Assembly (NCBI RefSeq): GCF_003667345.1 | Contig: NZ_RCWF01000011.1 | Coordinates: 17,951 to 49,950, forward strand | Origin: Poseidonibacter antarcticus | GTDB taxonomy: Bacteria; Campylobacterota; Campylobacteria; Campylobacterales; Arcobacteraceae | DNA: 32,000 nt | Direction of reading: 5' to 3' | Part shown: positions 9,811 to 18,848 of the stretch, piece by piece | Numbering within the stretch: the stretch's first letter is position 1 | Layout: the number at the start of each line of letters is the position of its first letter | The notes under the pieces: model-generated | Database searches by the model: none | What the model was told of the DNA's origin: nothing | Seen by the model: only the letters and a program-made list of their open reading frames with translations | Translations under genes and position numbers: made by a program

Positions 9811-11265
9811 ATGGCACATCAATCAGATTTAATAGAAAAAGATATAGAACAATATTTACACGAACATGAGAATAAAGAAATATGTAGATTTATCACATGT
9901 GGTAGTGTAGATGATGGTAAAAGTACTTTAATTGGTAGACTACTTTATGATTCAAAAATGATTTTTGAAGATCAATTAGCAGCTATTGAACAAGATAGTA
10001 AGAAAAGTGGAACTACTGGTGATAAAATAGATTTAGCACTTTTAGTTGATGGTCTTGCAAGTGAAAGAGAACAAGGTATTACTATTGATGTAGCTTATAG
10101 ATTCTTCTCAACTGAGCGAAGAAAGTTTATCATAGCAGATACTCCAGGTCATGAACAATATACTAGAAATATGGCAACAGGTGCTAGTACTGCTGATATT
10201 GCTATTATTTTAATAGATGCAAGACAAGGTATTTTAACTCAAACTAAAAGACACTCTTATATTGCTTCATTATTAGGTATTAAAAACTTAGTAGTTGCTA
10301 TTAATAAAATGGATTTAGTTGATTTTTCACAAGAAGTATTTGAAAGTATTAAAGAAGATTATAAAAAGATTATTCCAAATCTTCCACATAATGAAGACTT
10401 AAATATTGAATTTATTCCTATTTCTGCATTAGATGGAGATAATATTTTAACAAATTCACCAAAAGCACCTTGGTATACAGATAAACCTTTAATGGAATTA
10501 CTAGATACTATTGATATTCATAAAGTAGCATCTAATTCATTTAGATTACCTGTTCAATATGTAATAAGACCACACTTAAACTTTAGAGGATTCTCTGGAA
10601 CAATTGCGAGTGGTTCAATTCAAGTTGGTGATGAAATTACAGTATTACCTTCAAGAAAAACATCTAAAGTAAAATCAATAGTATCAAATGATATTAAAGA
10701 TTTAAGACCAATTGGAAAAGATGAAACAGTAGAAACAATACCTAGAGCATTTGCACCAATGGCAACAACAATTACACTTGAAGATGAAATAGATATTTCA
10801 AGAGGTGATATGATTGTAAAATCAACTGATATTCCTAAAGTATCAAATCACTTATCAGCAATGATTGTATGGATGGATGAAACACCATTAGCTTTAAATC
10901 AAAACTATGTGATTAAAAGAGCAACATCTGTAATAAATGGATCATTTAATTCAATCGAATTTAAAAAGAATATTAATACATTTGAAGAAGTAAATGCAAC
11001 TACATTAGAATTAAATGATATAGCAAAATGTACTCTTTCTTTAGATAGAGAAATTGCAATAGATGCATATCATAAAAATAGATATACAGGAAGTTTTATA
11101 ATAATAGATAAATATACAAACTCAACTGTTGGTGCTGGTATGATTGTATCTTCAAATGAATCATCATCAAAAGAGCAAAGTATTAAAGAGTATACAAAAG
11201 CTGAGATTGAATTAAATCAATATATTAGAAACAATTATCCACAATGGAATTGTAAGGCGATATAA
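9811..11265 (+). CDS. cysN: sulfate adenylyltransferase subunit 1 (GTPase), no fused APS-kinase domain
   Basis: GSVDDGKST (G1), DTPGHEQY (G3), NKMD (G4); the ATG lies 1 nt after the cysD stop; ~484 aa, so no CysC domain. Confidence 0.9.
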   Translation: MAHQSDLIEKDIEQYLHEHENKEICRFITCGSVDDGKSTLIGRLLYDSKMIFEDQLAAIEQDSKKSGTTGDKIDLALLVDGLASEREQGITIDVAYRFFSTERRKFIIADTPGHEQYTRNMATGASTADIAIILIDARQGILTQTKRHSYIASLLGIKNLVVAINKMDLVDFSQEVFESIKEDYKKIIPNLPHNEDLNIEFIPISALDGDNILTNSPKAPWYTDKPLMELLDTIDIHKVASNSFRLPVQYVIRPHLNFRGFSGTIASGSIQVGDEITVLPSRKTSKVKSIVSNDIKDLRPIGKDETVETIPRAFAPMATTITLEDEIDISRGDMIVKSTDIPKVSNHLSAMIVWMDETPLALNQNYVIKRATSVINGSFNSIEFKKNINTFEEVNATTLELNDIAKCTLSLDREIAIDAYHKNRYTGSFIIIDKYTNSTVGAGMIVSSNESSSKEQSIKEYTKAEIELNQYIRNNYPQWNCKAI

Positions 11266-12359
11266 TGTCAAATAATTTAACTTTAAATATTGAACATATC
11301 AAAAAAGAAAAAGATGGAATAGATGTCTTAAGTGACATCTATATCTATGCTGTCCTAGGTGAAAGAGTTTCAGCTAAAGATTTAATTAGATTTCAATGGT
11401 ATGGAATTTATAAACAAGAAGATAATGAAAACTACTTTAAAGTAGTGATTCCTTTACCACTTGGAGAGTTAAATATTGAACAACTTAAAACCTTAGCTTT
11501 AATATCAAAAGAGTATGCACGAAATTCTTTGGATATTAATAGAGGTCAAAAAATCCAATTCAAATACTTGAAAATGCATGATTTACCACATATTTTCAAT
11601 CTTTTACATAATGTAAATTTAAGCACAATATTTGAAGCTGGACATACTGTAAGAAATATTATCACTTGTCCAATTAATACAGTTGATGGTAAACAATTAA
11701 TGGATGTAAGTACTATTGCTACTAAAATAAATGATACATTTATTGGAAATAAAAAATACTCAAATCTACCAAATAAATTACAAATAGCAATCAATGGATG
11801 TAAAGAAGAATGTTGTCATGTAGAAATACCTGATGTAAAATTTGATGCATGTACGTACAAAAGTAATAAAGTTTTATTTTCAGTAAAAATTATAGGTGAA
11901 CATATAGGTTATATTACACCTTCTCAAATTCTTCAAACATCAAAAGCTATTGTAAATATTTATAAAGAGTATGGAAATAGAACTGATATTAATAAAAGTA
12001 CTTTTGCTTCATTAGTTAAAACATGGGGATTAGCAGAGTTTAATGAAATTTTGGATTCATCTATTAATTTTAATCTAAAAAGAATTATCTTAGAAGCTGA
12101 TACAAGAGCAACTAAAGGTGAGCATTTTGGGATAAATAAAAGTACAATCGAAGGTCAAAGTTATATTGGCTGTAAAATAAAATCACAAAATTTAAAAGCT
12201 TCTGATTTTAATAGCTTAGCTGTAATTCTTGAAAAATATAATGCTTCAAAAGTAAAATTAACAAATAAAGGTAATATCATAATTTTAGATGCACCGTCAA
12301 CTAAAGCTGATGATTTAGCAAAAGATTTACAGAAAGTAAACTTTAACCCTTTTATCTAA
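11265..12359 (+). CDS. short nitrite/sulfite-reductase-like protein (single module, incomplete Cys motif)
   Basis: N-terminus DLIRFQWYGIYKQ...FKVVIPLPLGELNIEQLKTLALISKEY resembles the NIR_SIR ferredoxin-like half domain; GHTVRNIITCP and INGCKEEC resemble the siroheme/4Fe-4S Cys motifs; the ATG overlaps the cysN TAA (TAATG). Confidence 0.5.
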   Translation: MSNNLTLNIEHIKKEKDGIDVLSDIYIYAVLGERVSAKDLIRFQWYGIYKQEDNENYFKVVIPLPLGELNIEQLKTLALISKEYARNSLDINRGQKIQFKYLKMHDLPHIFNLLHNVNLSTIFEAGHTVRNIITCPINTVDGKQLMDVSTIATKINDTFIGNKKYSNLPNKLQIAINGCKEECCHVEIPDVKFDACTYKSNKVLFSVKIIGEHIGYITPSQILQTSKAIVNIYKEYGNRTDINKSTFASLVKTWGLAEFNEILDSSINFNLKRIILEADTRATKGEHFGINKSTIEGQSYIGCKIKSQNLKASDFNSLAVILEKYNASKVKLTNKGNIIILDAPSTKADDLAKDLQKVNFNPFI

Positions 12360-12450
12360 ACTTAAAATATGAAAGCTTATTTGTTCATACAAGCAAGCTT
12401 TTATATAAAATAACTTAAACTTATAGGTTAAATAAGTCCAACTAATTAAT

Positions 12451-13764
12451 ATGAGTAAAATAATGAATAATAAAATCTTTAAACCATTTCTAAACGAAAA
12501 TACAGATACCCTTAATTTTATAAGATACAACACAATTGGAAAAAATAAAAAAGAGTATTTTGATTATACTGCAACAGGTTTAGCCTTTAGACAAATAGAA
12601 AATAGAATTCATAATGTATTAGAAACTTATGCAAATACACACTCAAAAGAAGCTTCTAATGCTGATACTACAAGTAGTTATTATGAAATGGCAAGAGCTA
12701 AGCTAGCAAAAAACTTAGAAATTGATGAAAACTTTGCAATACTTCCTAATGGTTGTGGAACAACTGCTGCTATTAAACATTTTCAAGAGCTTTTAGGGCT
12801 ATATATACCACCTGCAACAAAAAAAAGATATAGTATTGAAGTTGATAAATCAAAGCTCCCCTTGGTCATTGTAGGACCTTATGAACATCATTCAAATGAA
12901 GTTTCTTTTAGAGAAGCATTATGTGAAATACAAAGAATAAATTTAAGCCAAAATGGCTTAATAGATTTAGAACATTTAAAAGAAGTCTTAGAAAAAAATA
13001 AACATAGAGAAATAATAGCTTCTTTTTGTATAGCCTCAAATGTTACAGGAATTATTACAAAATATGAAGAGATTTCAAAAATCTTACGAAAATATAATGC
13101 TATAGTTTGCTTTGATGCAGCAGCTTCATCTCCATATATAAATATTCCATCTCATCTTTATGATGCTATGTTTATGTCACCTCATAAGCTATTAGGTGGT
13201 CCTGGTTCATGTGGACTTTTAATAATTAGAAAATCCTTAGTTGATACCAATTTATCTCCAAGTTTTGCAGGTGGTGGAACAGTACAATATGTAAATAAAA
13301 AACATCAAATTTACGAAAAAGATATTCAAACAAGAGAAGATGCAGGAACACCTGGTATTTTGCAATTAATACGAGCAAGCTTAGCATATCAGTTAAGAAA
13401 TGAAATTGGTTTTGATTTTATAGCCAAAAGAAAAAAGATATTAAAAAAGATATTTTTAAATGGACTTTTAGAAATTCCTAATTGTAAAATTTATGGGAAT
13501 GCAAATGAAGATAATATTGGAATAATTTCTTTTAATATTGAAAATATAGACCCATATGAACTATGTTCTAAATTATCAAAATCAAAAGGTTTTCAAACAA
13601 GAGCAGGATGCTCATGTGCTGGACCTTATGGTCATGATTTACTAGGAATTGAAGAGTTAGATTTAGAGAATAAACCAGGATGGATTAGAGTTTCTATACA
13701 CTTCTCACAAACAAAAGAAGAAATTTTAGAACTAATCAAATCTATTAAGAGTATTGTTAACTAA
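12451..13764 (+). CDS. aminotransferase class V-fold PLP enzyme (cysteine desulfurase/selenocysteine lyase-like)
   Basis: ANTHSKEASNAD, FDAAASSPY and SPHKLLGGPGSCG (PLP lysine) blocks; C-terminal RAGCSCAGPYGH. Confidence 0.75.
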   Translation: MSKIMNNKIFKPFLNENTDTLNFIRYNTIGKNKKEYFDYTATGLAFRQIENRIHNVLETYANTHSKEASNADTTSSYYEMARAKLAKNLEIDENFAILPNGCGTTAAIKHFQELLGLYIPPATKKRYSIEVDKSKLPLVIVGPYEHHSNEVSFREALCEIQRINLSQNGLIDLEHLKEVLEKNKHREIIASFCIASNVTGIITKYEEISKILRKYNAIVCFDAAASSPYINIPSHLYDAMFMSPHKLLGGPGSCGLLIIRKSLVDTNLSPSFAGGGTVQYVNKKHQIYEKDIQTREDAGTPGILQLIRASLAYQLRNEIGFDFIAKRKKILKKIFLNGLLEIPNCKIYGNANEDNIGIISFNIENIDPYELCSKLSKSKGFQTRAGCSCAGPYGHDLLGIEELDLENKPGWIRVSIHFSQTKEEILELIKSIKSIVN

Positions 13765-13950
13765 TCTTAACCTTTTGTTTAAGATTCATTAATCATTTAG
13801 CTATATAATTTCTTTATGAATTTCATGACATTTATATCAGTTTATGTTCTATTTTTTTCAAATTAAATACATATTATCCAGACGAAACTGATTTATAAAC
13901 TTGATTTCAGACAAAAAGTAAAAGTATCCTAGCATTTATAATATAATTTT

Positions 13951-14097
13951 AGTGGTTTCCTCCTATCTCCACTTATGCAAGATACAAGCCAGTCGTCCCA
14001 AACTGGCTATACTTTCTCCTTTCCCTTTGCCAAAAGGGGATAATTTCTTTTTCATTCATTCAAACAATTTTTCGAGAAATTATCCCTTTTGGTTTTC
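13951..14097 (+). ncRNA. candidate structured CU-rich small RNA (possible antitoxin/antisense regulator)
   Basis: Two overlapping TATAAT boxes at 13937-13947. Hairpin AGTGG-(tttcctcctatct)-CCACT at 13951-13973 and hairpin AGCCAGT-(8 nt)-ACTGGCT at 13987-14008. Single-stranded ACTTTCTCCTTTCCC, then an 18-bp stem with one bulge (14030-14048 / 14075-14092) followed by TTTTC. No credible ORF. Confidence 0.3.
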
Positions 14098-14113
14098 ATA
14101 CAATCAAAATAAT

Positions 14114-14209
14114 TTATTTTATGATAAAAGCAAAACTTAAAGCAACTGCTATAAATTCAATCGCAACTACAATAATATAATCTTTGATATTTGTATTAAT
14201 ATTTTTCAT
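14114..14209 (-). CDS. 31-aa hydrophobic small protein (type I toxin-like candidate)
   Basis: My minus-strand translation is MKNINTNIKDYIIVVAIEFIAVALSFAFIIK*. AAGGAG SD 5 nt upstream of the ATG; a polar N-terminus followed by a ~20-residue hydrophobic helix; not in the supplied ORF track (too short). Confidence 0.35.
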   Translation of the reverse strand: MKNINTNIKDYIIVVAIEFIAVALSFAFIIK

Positions 14210-14223
14210 TTTTTCTCCTTTTT

Positions 14224-14254
14224 ATAGGAGAAAAAATCTCCTATTATTTTTTTG
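14224..14254 (+). terminator. plus-strand rho-independent terminator; on the minus strand the same hairpin is the 5' leader of the small ORF
   Basis: ATAGGAGA-aaaaa-TCTCCTAT 8-bp perfect stem followed by TATTTTTTTG. Confidence 0.5.
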
Positions 14255-14325
14255 TTTTATATAAATATTGTCTAATCCTAAATGCCATCATATCGGACAT
14301 ATAAACCCTTTTGTCTAAAAATTTT

Positions 14326-14365
14326 GTAAAAAAAAAGGGAAGAGCTAAGAAGCCCTTCCCTTTTT
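14326..14365. terminator. bidirectional terminator (ends typA on the minus strand)
   Basis: A-run, GGGAAGAGC-taagaa-GCCCTTCCC (9-bp stem, one mismatch), T-run; located 26 nt downstream of the typA stop. Confidence 0.8.
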
Positions 14366-14390
14366 AAAAATAGATAAAATCTAATTTTTA

Positions 14391-16205
14391 TTAAGCAAAT
14401 TTAGTCTTTTTAGCAGTTCTTTTTCTAATATTTGGATCAAGATCTCTTTTTCTTACTCTAATCGATACAGGTGTAACTTCAACAAGTTCATCTTCTTCAA
14501 TCCATTCTAATGCATTTTCAAGTGACATAACTCTTGGTGGAATTAATTTAATAGCTTCATCCGCACCCGAAGATCTAACGTTTGATTGTTGTTTAGCTTT
14601 AATTGGATTGATATCTAAATCATTCCCTTTAGCATGTTGACCAACTACCATTCCGTTATAAACTTTATCTTGAGGTTTAATAAACATAACCCCTCTATCT
14701 TGTAAGTTAAAGATTGAATAACCAACAGCTTCACCATTTTCCATAGAAACTAATGCTCCATATTTTCTAGATTCAACAGTTCCAGAATGAGGTCTGAATT
14801 CTAAGAATGAGTGGTTCATAACACCCTCACCTTTAGTTTCAGTTAAGAACTCAGTTCTAATACCAATTAATCCACGTGCAGGAATTTCAAACTCTAATCT
14901 TGTAGAACCAGCACCCATTGGTACCATGTTTGTCATATTAGCTTTTCTTTTCCCTAATTTTTCAATAATTGCACCTGAAAATTCATCTGGTGTATCAATT
15001 ACTAAATGCTCAAATGGCTCCATTTTAACACCATCAATAATTCTTACGATTACTTCTGGTCTACCAATAGAAAATTCAAACCCTTCTCTTCTCATATTTT
15101 CAGCAAGGATACAAATTTGTAATTCCCCTCTTCCGTTAACTTTGAATTTACCTTCACCAATTTGCTCATAATTCATAGCAATATTAGTATTCATTTCAGC
15201 AGTTAATCTTTCATCAATTTTATTTGATGTTACATATTTACCTTCAGTTCCAGCTAATGGAGAATCATTTACTGCAAATGTTACAGATAATGTAGGTTCT
15301 TCAATATGCATAGGGTCTAATGGCATTGGATCTACAGGATCACAAAGTGAATCACCAACATCAATAGTTTCAAAACCAGCAACAGCAACAATATCACCAG
15401 TACCAGCAGTTTGAATATCAAATCTATCAACACCTTTAAAACCAATAAGTTTAGTAACTCTACCTTTAACTTTTTCGCCATTTGATTTAACTAAAAGAAC
15501 AGTTTCACCCATTGAAATTGTTCCATTAAAGATTCTTGCAATACCAATTTTTCCAATGAAGTTATCGTAATCAAGTGTAAATACTTGTAATTGAAGACCA
15601 TTTTCATCTGCTCCAACTGGTTTTGGAACTTCGTTTAGAATAGTTGTAAATAATGGAATTAAATTCTCATTTGGATCTTCTAAAGCTAATTTAGCGTATC
15701 CATCTCTAGCAGCTGCATAAACAACTGGGAATTCTAATTGTTCTTCACTAGCACCCATTTGGTCAAATAGGTCAAATACTTCATCAACAACTCTATCAGC
15801 ATCTGAACCTGGTTTATCAATTTTGTTAATAACAACAATTGGTCTATGTCCTAATTGTAATGCTTTTTTAACAACAAATTTTGTTTGAGGCATAACACCT
15901 TCTTGAGCATCTACTAGTAAAAGTACACAGTCAACCATTTTAAGAACACGTTCAACTTCTCCACCAAAATCAGCATGGCCTGGAGTATCAATAATGTTAA
16001 TTCTTACACCTTCGTAATCAATAGCAGTATTTTTAGAAAGAATTGTAATTCCTCTTTCTTTTTCAATATCATTACTATCCATTACTCTTTCATCTACTTC
16101 TTGGTGAGCAGTAAAAGTTCCTGATTGTTTTAATAATTCATCTACTAATGTAGTTTTACCGTGGTCAACGTGCGCGATAACCGCAATATTTCTAATATCT
16201 CTCAT
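14391..16205 (-). CDS. typA: translational GTPase TypA/BipA
   Basis: [36 protein letters not shown] and NKIDK GTPase motifs; 604 aa; full-length BipA architecture. Confidence 0.95.
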   Translation of the reverse strand: MRDIRNIAVIAHVDHGKTTLVDELLKQSGTFTAHQEVDERVMDSNDIEKERGITILSKNTAIDYEGVRINIIDTPGHADFGGEVERVLKMVDCVLLLVDAQEGVMPQTKFVVKKALQLGHRPIVVINKIDKPGSDADRVVDEVFDLFDQMGASEEQLEFPVVYAAARDGYAKLALEDPNENLIPLFTTILNEVPKPVGADENGLQLQVFTLDYDNFIGKIGIARIFNGTISMGETVLLVKSNGEKVKGRVTKLIGFKGVDRFDIQTAGTGDIVAVAGFETIDVGDSLCDPVDPMPLDPMHIEEPTLSVTFAVNDSPLAGTEGKYVTSNKIDERLTAEMNTNIAMNYEQIGEGKFKVNGRGELQICILAENMRREGFEFSIGRPEVIVRIIDGVKMEPFEHLVIDTPDEFSGAIIEKLGKRKANMTNMVPMGAGSTRLEFEIPARGLIGIRTEFLTETKGEGVMNHSFLEFRPHSGTVESRKYGALVSMENGEAVGYSIFNLQDRGVMFIKPQDKVYNGMVVGQHAKGNDLDINPIKAKQQSNVRSSGADEAIKLIPPRVMSLENALEWIEEDELVEVTPVSIRVRKRDLDPNIRKRTAKKTKFA

Positions 16206-16433
16206 TGAATCTCTTTATTATAGATTTTGCGAAAAAGTTCTTGCAAAGAAAAAACTTTTTCTATTAATTTCGCGGATTATACTAAATTTTTGCTTAAATA
16301 TACAAATTTATTTTAATAAATTCTTAAATAAGTAATAAATTTCTAATAAATGTCAAGAAGTTGTAAAGAAAGTATACATAAGTAATTGAAAATATTGTTT
16401 TATACTTTCATTATAAAACAAAAGGAGAAAAAG

Positions 16434-16835
16434 ATGAAATATTTAATTATTCTTGCAATGATTATAAACTTATCATACGCAGCAGTTGTTGACGATTATT
16501 TAAATTCTTTAAAACAAGAGGAAGTAAAAATTAATCCAAACTTTAAAGGTTTTGATTATAAAAGAGGTGAAGAAATCTTTACATCAAAACATATTGGAAA
16601 AAAAGGTAAAGAGATATCTTGCACCTCATGTCATACAGTTAATTTAAACAATACTGGTGAAAATTTCTTTACAGGTAAAGAGATTAAACCTTTATCACCA
16701 AAAGCAAATCCAAAAAGATTTACAAAAATAAAAACAATTAAAAAATGGCTAAAAAGAAATTTTAACGATGTTTATAACCGTGAGGGTACAGCAAAAGAAA
16801 AAGGTGATGTAGTAACTTACATGATTAATAAATAA
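16434..16835 (+). CDS. SHP-type monohaem cytochrome c (DUF1924 family)
   Basis: Signal peptide MKYLIILAMIINLSYA, a single CTSCH haem site, size and KKWLKRNFNDV tail as in SHP/DUF1924; AAGGAG RBS at 16422 selects ATG 16434 over the upstream TTG. Confidence 0.7.
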   Translation: MKYLIILAMIINLSYAAVVDDYLNSLKQEEVKINPNFKGFDYKRGEEIFTSKHIGKKGKEISCTSCHTVNLNNTGENFFTGKEIKPLSPKANPKRFTKIKTIKKWLKRNFNDVYNREGTAKEKGDVVTYMINK

Positions 16836-16844
16836 GGAGAACAG

Positions 16845-17363
16845 ATGAAATATTTAATTTTTTTAACAATGATACTAAGTTCATTATTTGCAGGTGATAA
16901 CTTTTTTTTCAAAAGTAGAACAGATGTTGCACCTGTTAATAATCAACTATATATTAACGAATGTAGTGCTTGTCACTTTGCATATCAACCAGGATTATTA
17001 CCAAGTAAGGCTTGGAGTAAAATAATGTCAAACTTGAGTGATCACTTTGATACTGATGCTTCACTAGATCCAGAAGATTTAGAGAAAATATCTAAGTACC
17101 TAAATGATAATAGTGCTGAAAAAAATATGCAGTATAAAAGAAGTAATAGAATTGTTTCGAGTTTATTACCAGGACAAATTCCTACTTCAATTTCTACAAC
17201 ACCGTATATAATCAAAAAACATAGAGATATAAGAAAAGATTTAATTACACAAAAAGAAGTAAAAGGATTATTCAATTGTATGGCTTGTCACACAACAGCA
17301 GACAAAGGAATATACAATGATGATGATGTAAATATTCCAAATTATGGAAGATGGGAAGATTAA
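16845..17363 (+). CDS. dihaem cytochrome c (DHC family)
   Basis: Signal peptide; two CxxCH sites (CSACH, CMACH); the ECSACHFAYQPGLLPSKAWSKIMSNLSDHF block is typical of DHC. Confidence 0.75.
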   Translation: MKYLIFLTMILSSLFAGDNFFFKSRTDVAPVNNQLYINECSACHFAYQPGLLPSKAWSKIMSNLSDHFDTDASLDPEDLEKISKYLNDNSAEKNMQYKRSNRIVSSLLPGQIPTSISTTPYIIKKHRDIRKDLITQKEVKGLFNCMACHTTADKGIYNDDDVNIPNYGRWED

Positions 17364-17373
17364 AGGATAAATC

Positions 17374-18493
17374 ATGAAAAAATCATATATTTGGTCCCTT
17401 CCCACGAGGGTCTTCCACTGGCTTTTTGTATTATTTATATTATTAGCTTTTTTAAGTGCACAAGAAGATAGATGGCTAGATTACCATGCAATAGTAGGTT
17501 ATGCTATTTTGATACTTTTAGTATTTAGAATAATTTGGGGAGTAATTGGACCTAAATACTCTTTATTTAAAGATTTTCCAATTGGGAAAAGCAATGTAAA
17601 AGAGTTCTTAAATAATATCTTTGAAAGTAAACAAAAATATATAGGACATAATCCCTTAGCTTCTTATGTAATGATTTCTATGTTTATAGTTGCTATATTG
17701 ATTATAATTACAGGAATATTAGCTTTTGGTATTCAAGAAGGAAAAGGAATTTTGTCTTTTTTAAATACTTCACTTTTTAAAAAAATGGAATTGTTTAAAG
17801 AAATACATGAAGTTCTAACTTCTTTATTTATAGCTTTGATTATTGCCCATTTAGCAGGTATATTATCAGATAGATTACTTCATAAAAAACATGAAACGTT
17901 AAACTCTATAATAAGTGGTTACAAAGTTACGCAAGAAGATAAAAGTATAAAACTAAATATTTATCAAAAGATATTTTCTATTTTGATGTTTTTATTTTTT
18001 GTAGGATTTTTGGTATTTAATTTTTATAAACCAGATAATATTTTAATTACTTCAAAATATGAACAAATCGATTATAATGTACAAAATGAACTTTTTGTTT
18101 CCGAGTGTGCATCGTGTCACACTCTGTATCCCTCCCAATCTTTTACCTAAAAAATCATGGGAATTACTTATGAGCGATTTAGAAAACCATTTTGGAGATG
18201 ATGCTTCAATAGATAAAGAATCAAACAAAGAAATATTAGCATTTTTAGTAAAAAATAGTGCCGAAAATTATACAATGGAAGATTCATGGAACTTTTTGAA
18301 TTCTATAGGAGATAAAGATATAATTGCAATGACTCAAACATCTTTTTGGAAAAAAACACATAAAGATATTCCAAAAAATATATTTGACAATAAAAAAATA
18401 AGAAGTAAAGCAAATTGTAAAGCTTGCCATACAGATATTGAAAAAGGATTAATTGAAGATGAAAATATTAAGAATCTTTCTACTTTTAACTAG
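17374..18493 (+). pseudogene. cytochrome b561-family membrane protein fused to a C-terminal DHC-like dihaem domain, interrupted by a 1-nt frameshift
   Basis: Frame A (17374..18150) has four TM helices with conserved His (FHW, HAIVGY, GHNPLA, IAHLAG) and ends ...ECASCHTLYPSQSFT*. The +1 frame continues ...PPNLLPKKSWELLMSDLENHFGDDAS...CKACH to 18493. Removing one nt in CCCTCCC (18130-18136) gives HTLYPPNLLPKKSW, parallel to HFAYQPGLLPSKAW of the neighbouring DHC. Confidence 0.6.
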
Positions 18494-18848
18494 TCTTATT
18501 ATTTTTGCAAATGCAGGAGATGGACATAAAAAACATAAGCATTTCTATAAAAATCTTGAATACTTAGACCTTAATAAAAAACAATTAAAAGAGATTAAAA
18601 ACGTACTCATAGAATTTAAACATAAATATAAAGATTTTTATGAATATAAAGATGATAAAGAAGATATTTTAGAAGATATAATGGAAGATGAAGATTTTGA
18701 TAAAGAACTATATTTTCAAACACTTATTGATTTAAAAACAAGAGCTACAAAACTGGAAGTTGAAAAAATGAGCAAAATTCATAAAATATTAAATGAAAAA
18801 CAAAGAGAGAAATTTGCTGATTATTTAGAGGATGGGGATATTGATTAA
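18459..18848 (+). CDS. periplasmic LTXXQ-motif protein (CpxP/Spy/ZraP-like)
   Basis: Signal peptide MKILRIFLLLTSLIIFANA, a His-rich GDGHKKHKH stretch, two LxxxQ motifs (LNKKQLKEI, LNEKQREKF), helical Lys/Glu-rich body; ATG 18459 lies 10 nt after AAGGA. Confidence 0.6.
   Translation: MKILRIFLLLTSLIIFANAGDGHKKHKHFYKNLEYLDLNKKQLKEIKNVLIEFKHKYKDFYEYKDDKEDILEDIMEDEDFDKELYFQTLIDLKTRATKLEVEKMSKIHKILNEKQREKFADYLEDGDID

Noticed and set aside
13951-14097. Whether the structured RNA is a known housekeeping RNA (tmRNA, RNase P RNA, SRP/4.5S RNA, 6S RNA) or a tRNA
   Set aside because: I could not find the conserved signatures on either strand. There is no GAGGAAAGUCC P4-type motif, no SRP GGAA/AGCA domain IV pattern, no tRNA-like acceptor/T-arm ending in CCA, and no long 6S-type closing stem with a central bubble. 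This was judged by eye only.
13952-14140. 62-aa ORF in the supplied track inside the structured intergenic region
   Set aside because: It has a GTG start without an RBS and an odd composition (PFPLPKGDNFFFIHSNNFSRNYPFWFSY). It runs straight through three strong hairpins, so it is better explained as non-coding RNA structure.
16226-16282. Nested inverted repeats (GCGAAA...TTTCGC around GAAAAAGTT-13 nt-AACTTTTTC) upstream of typA
   Set aside because: These lie downstream of a minus-strand TATAAT (about 16277-16282) and so are most simply a 5'-UTR hairpin of typA. Nothing points to a specific riboswitch or repeat family.
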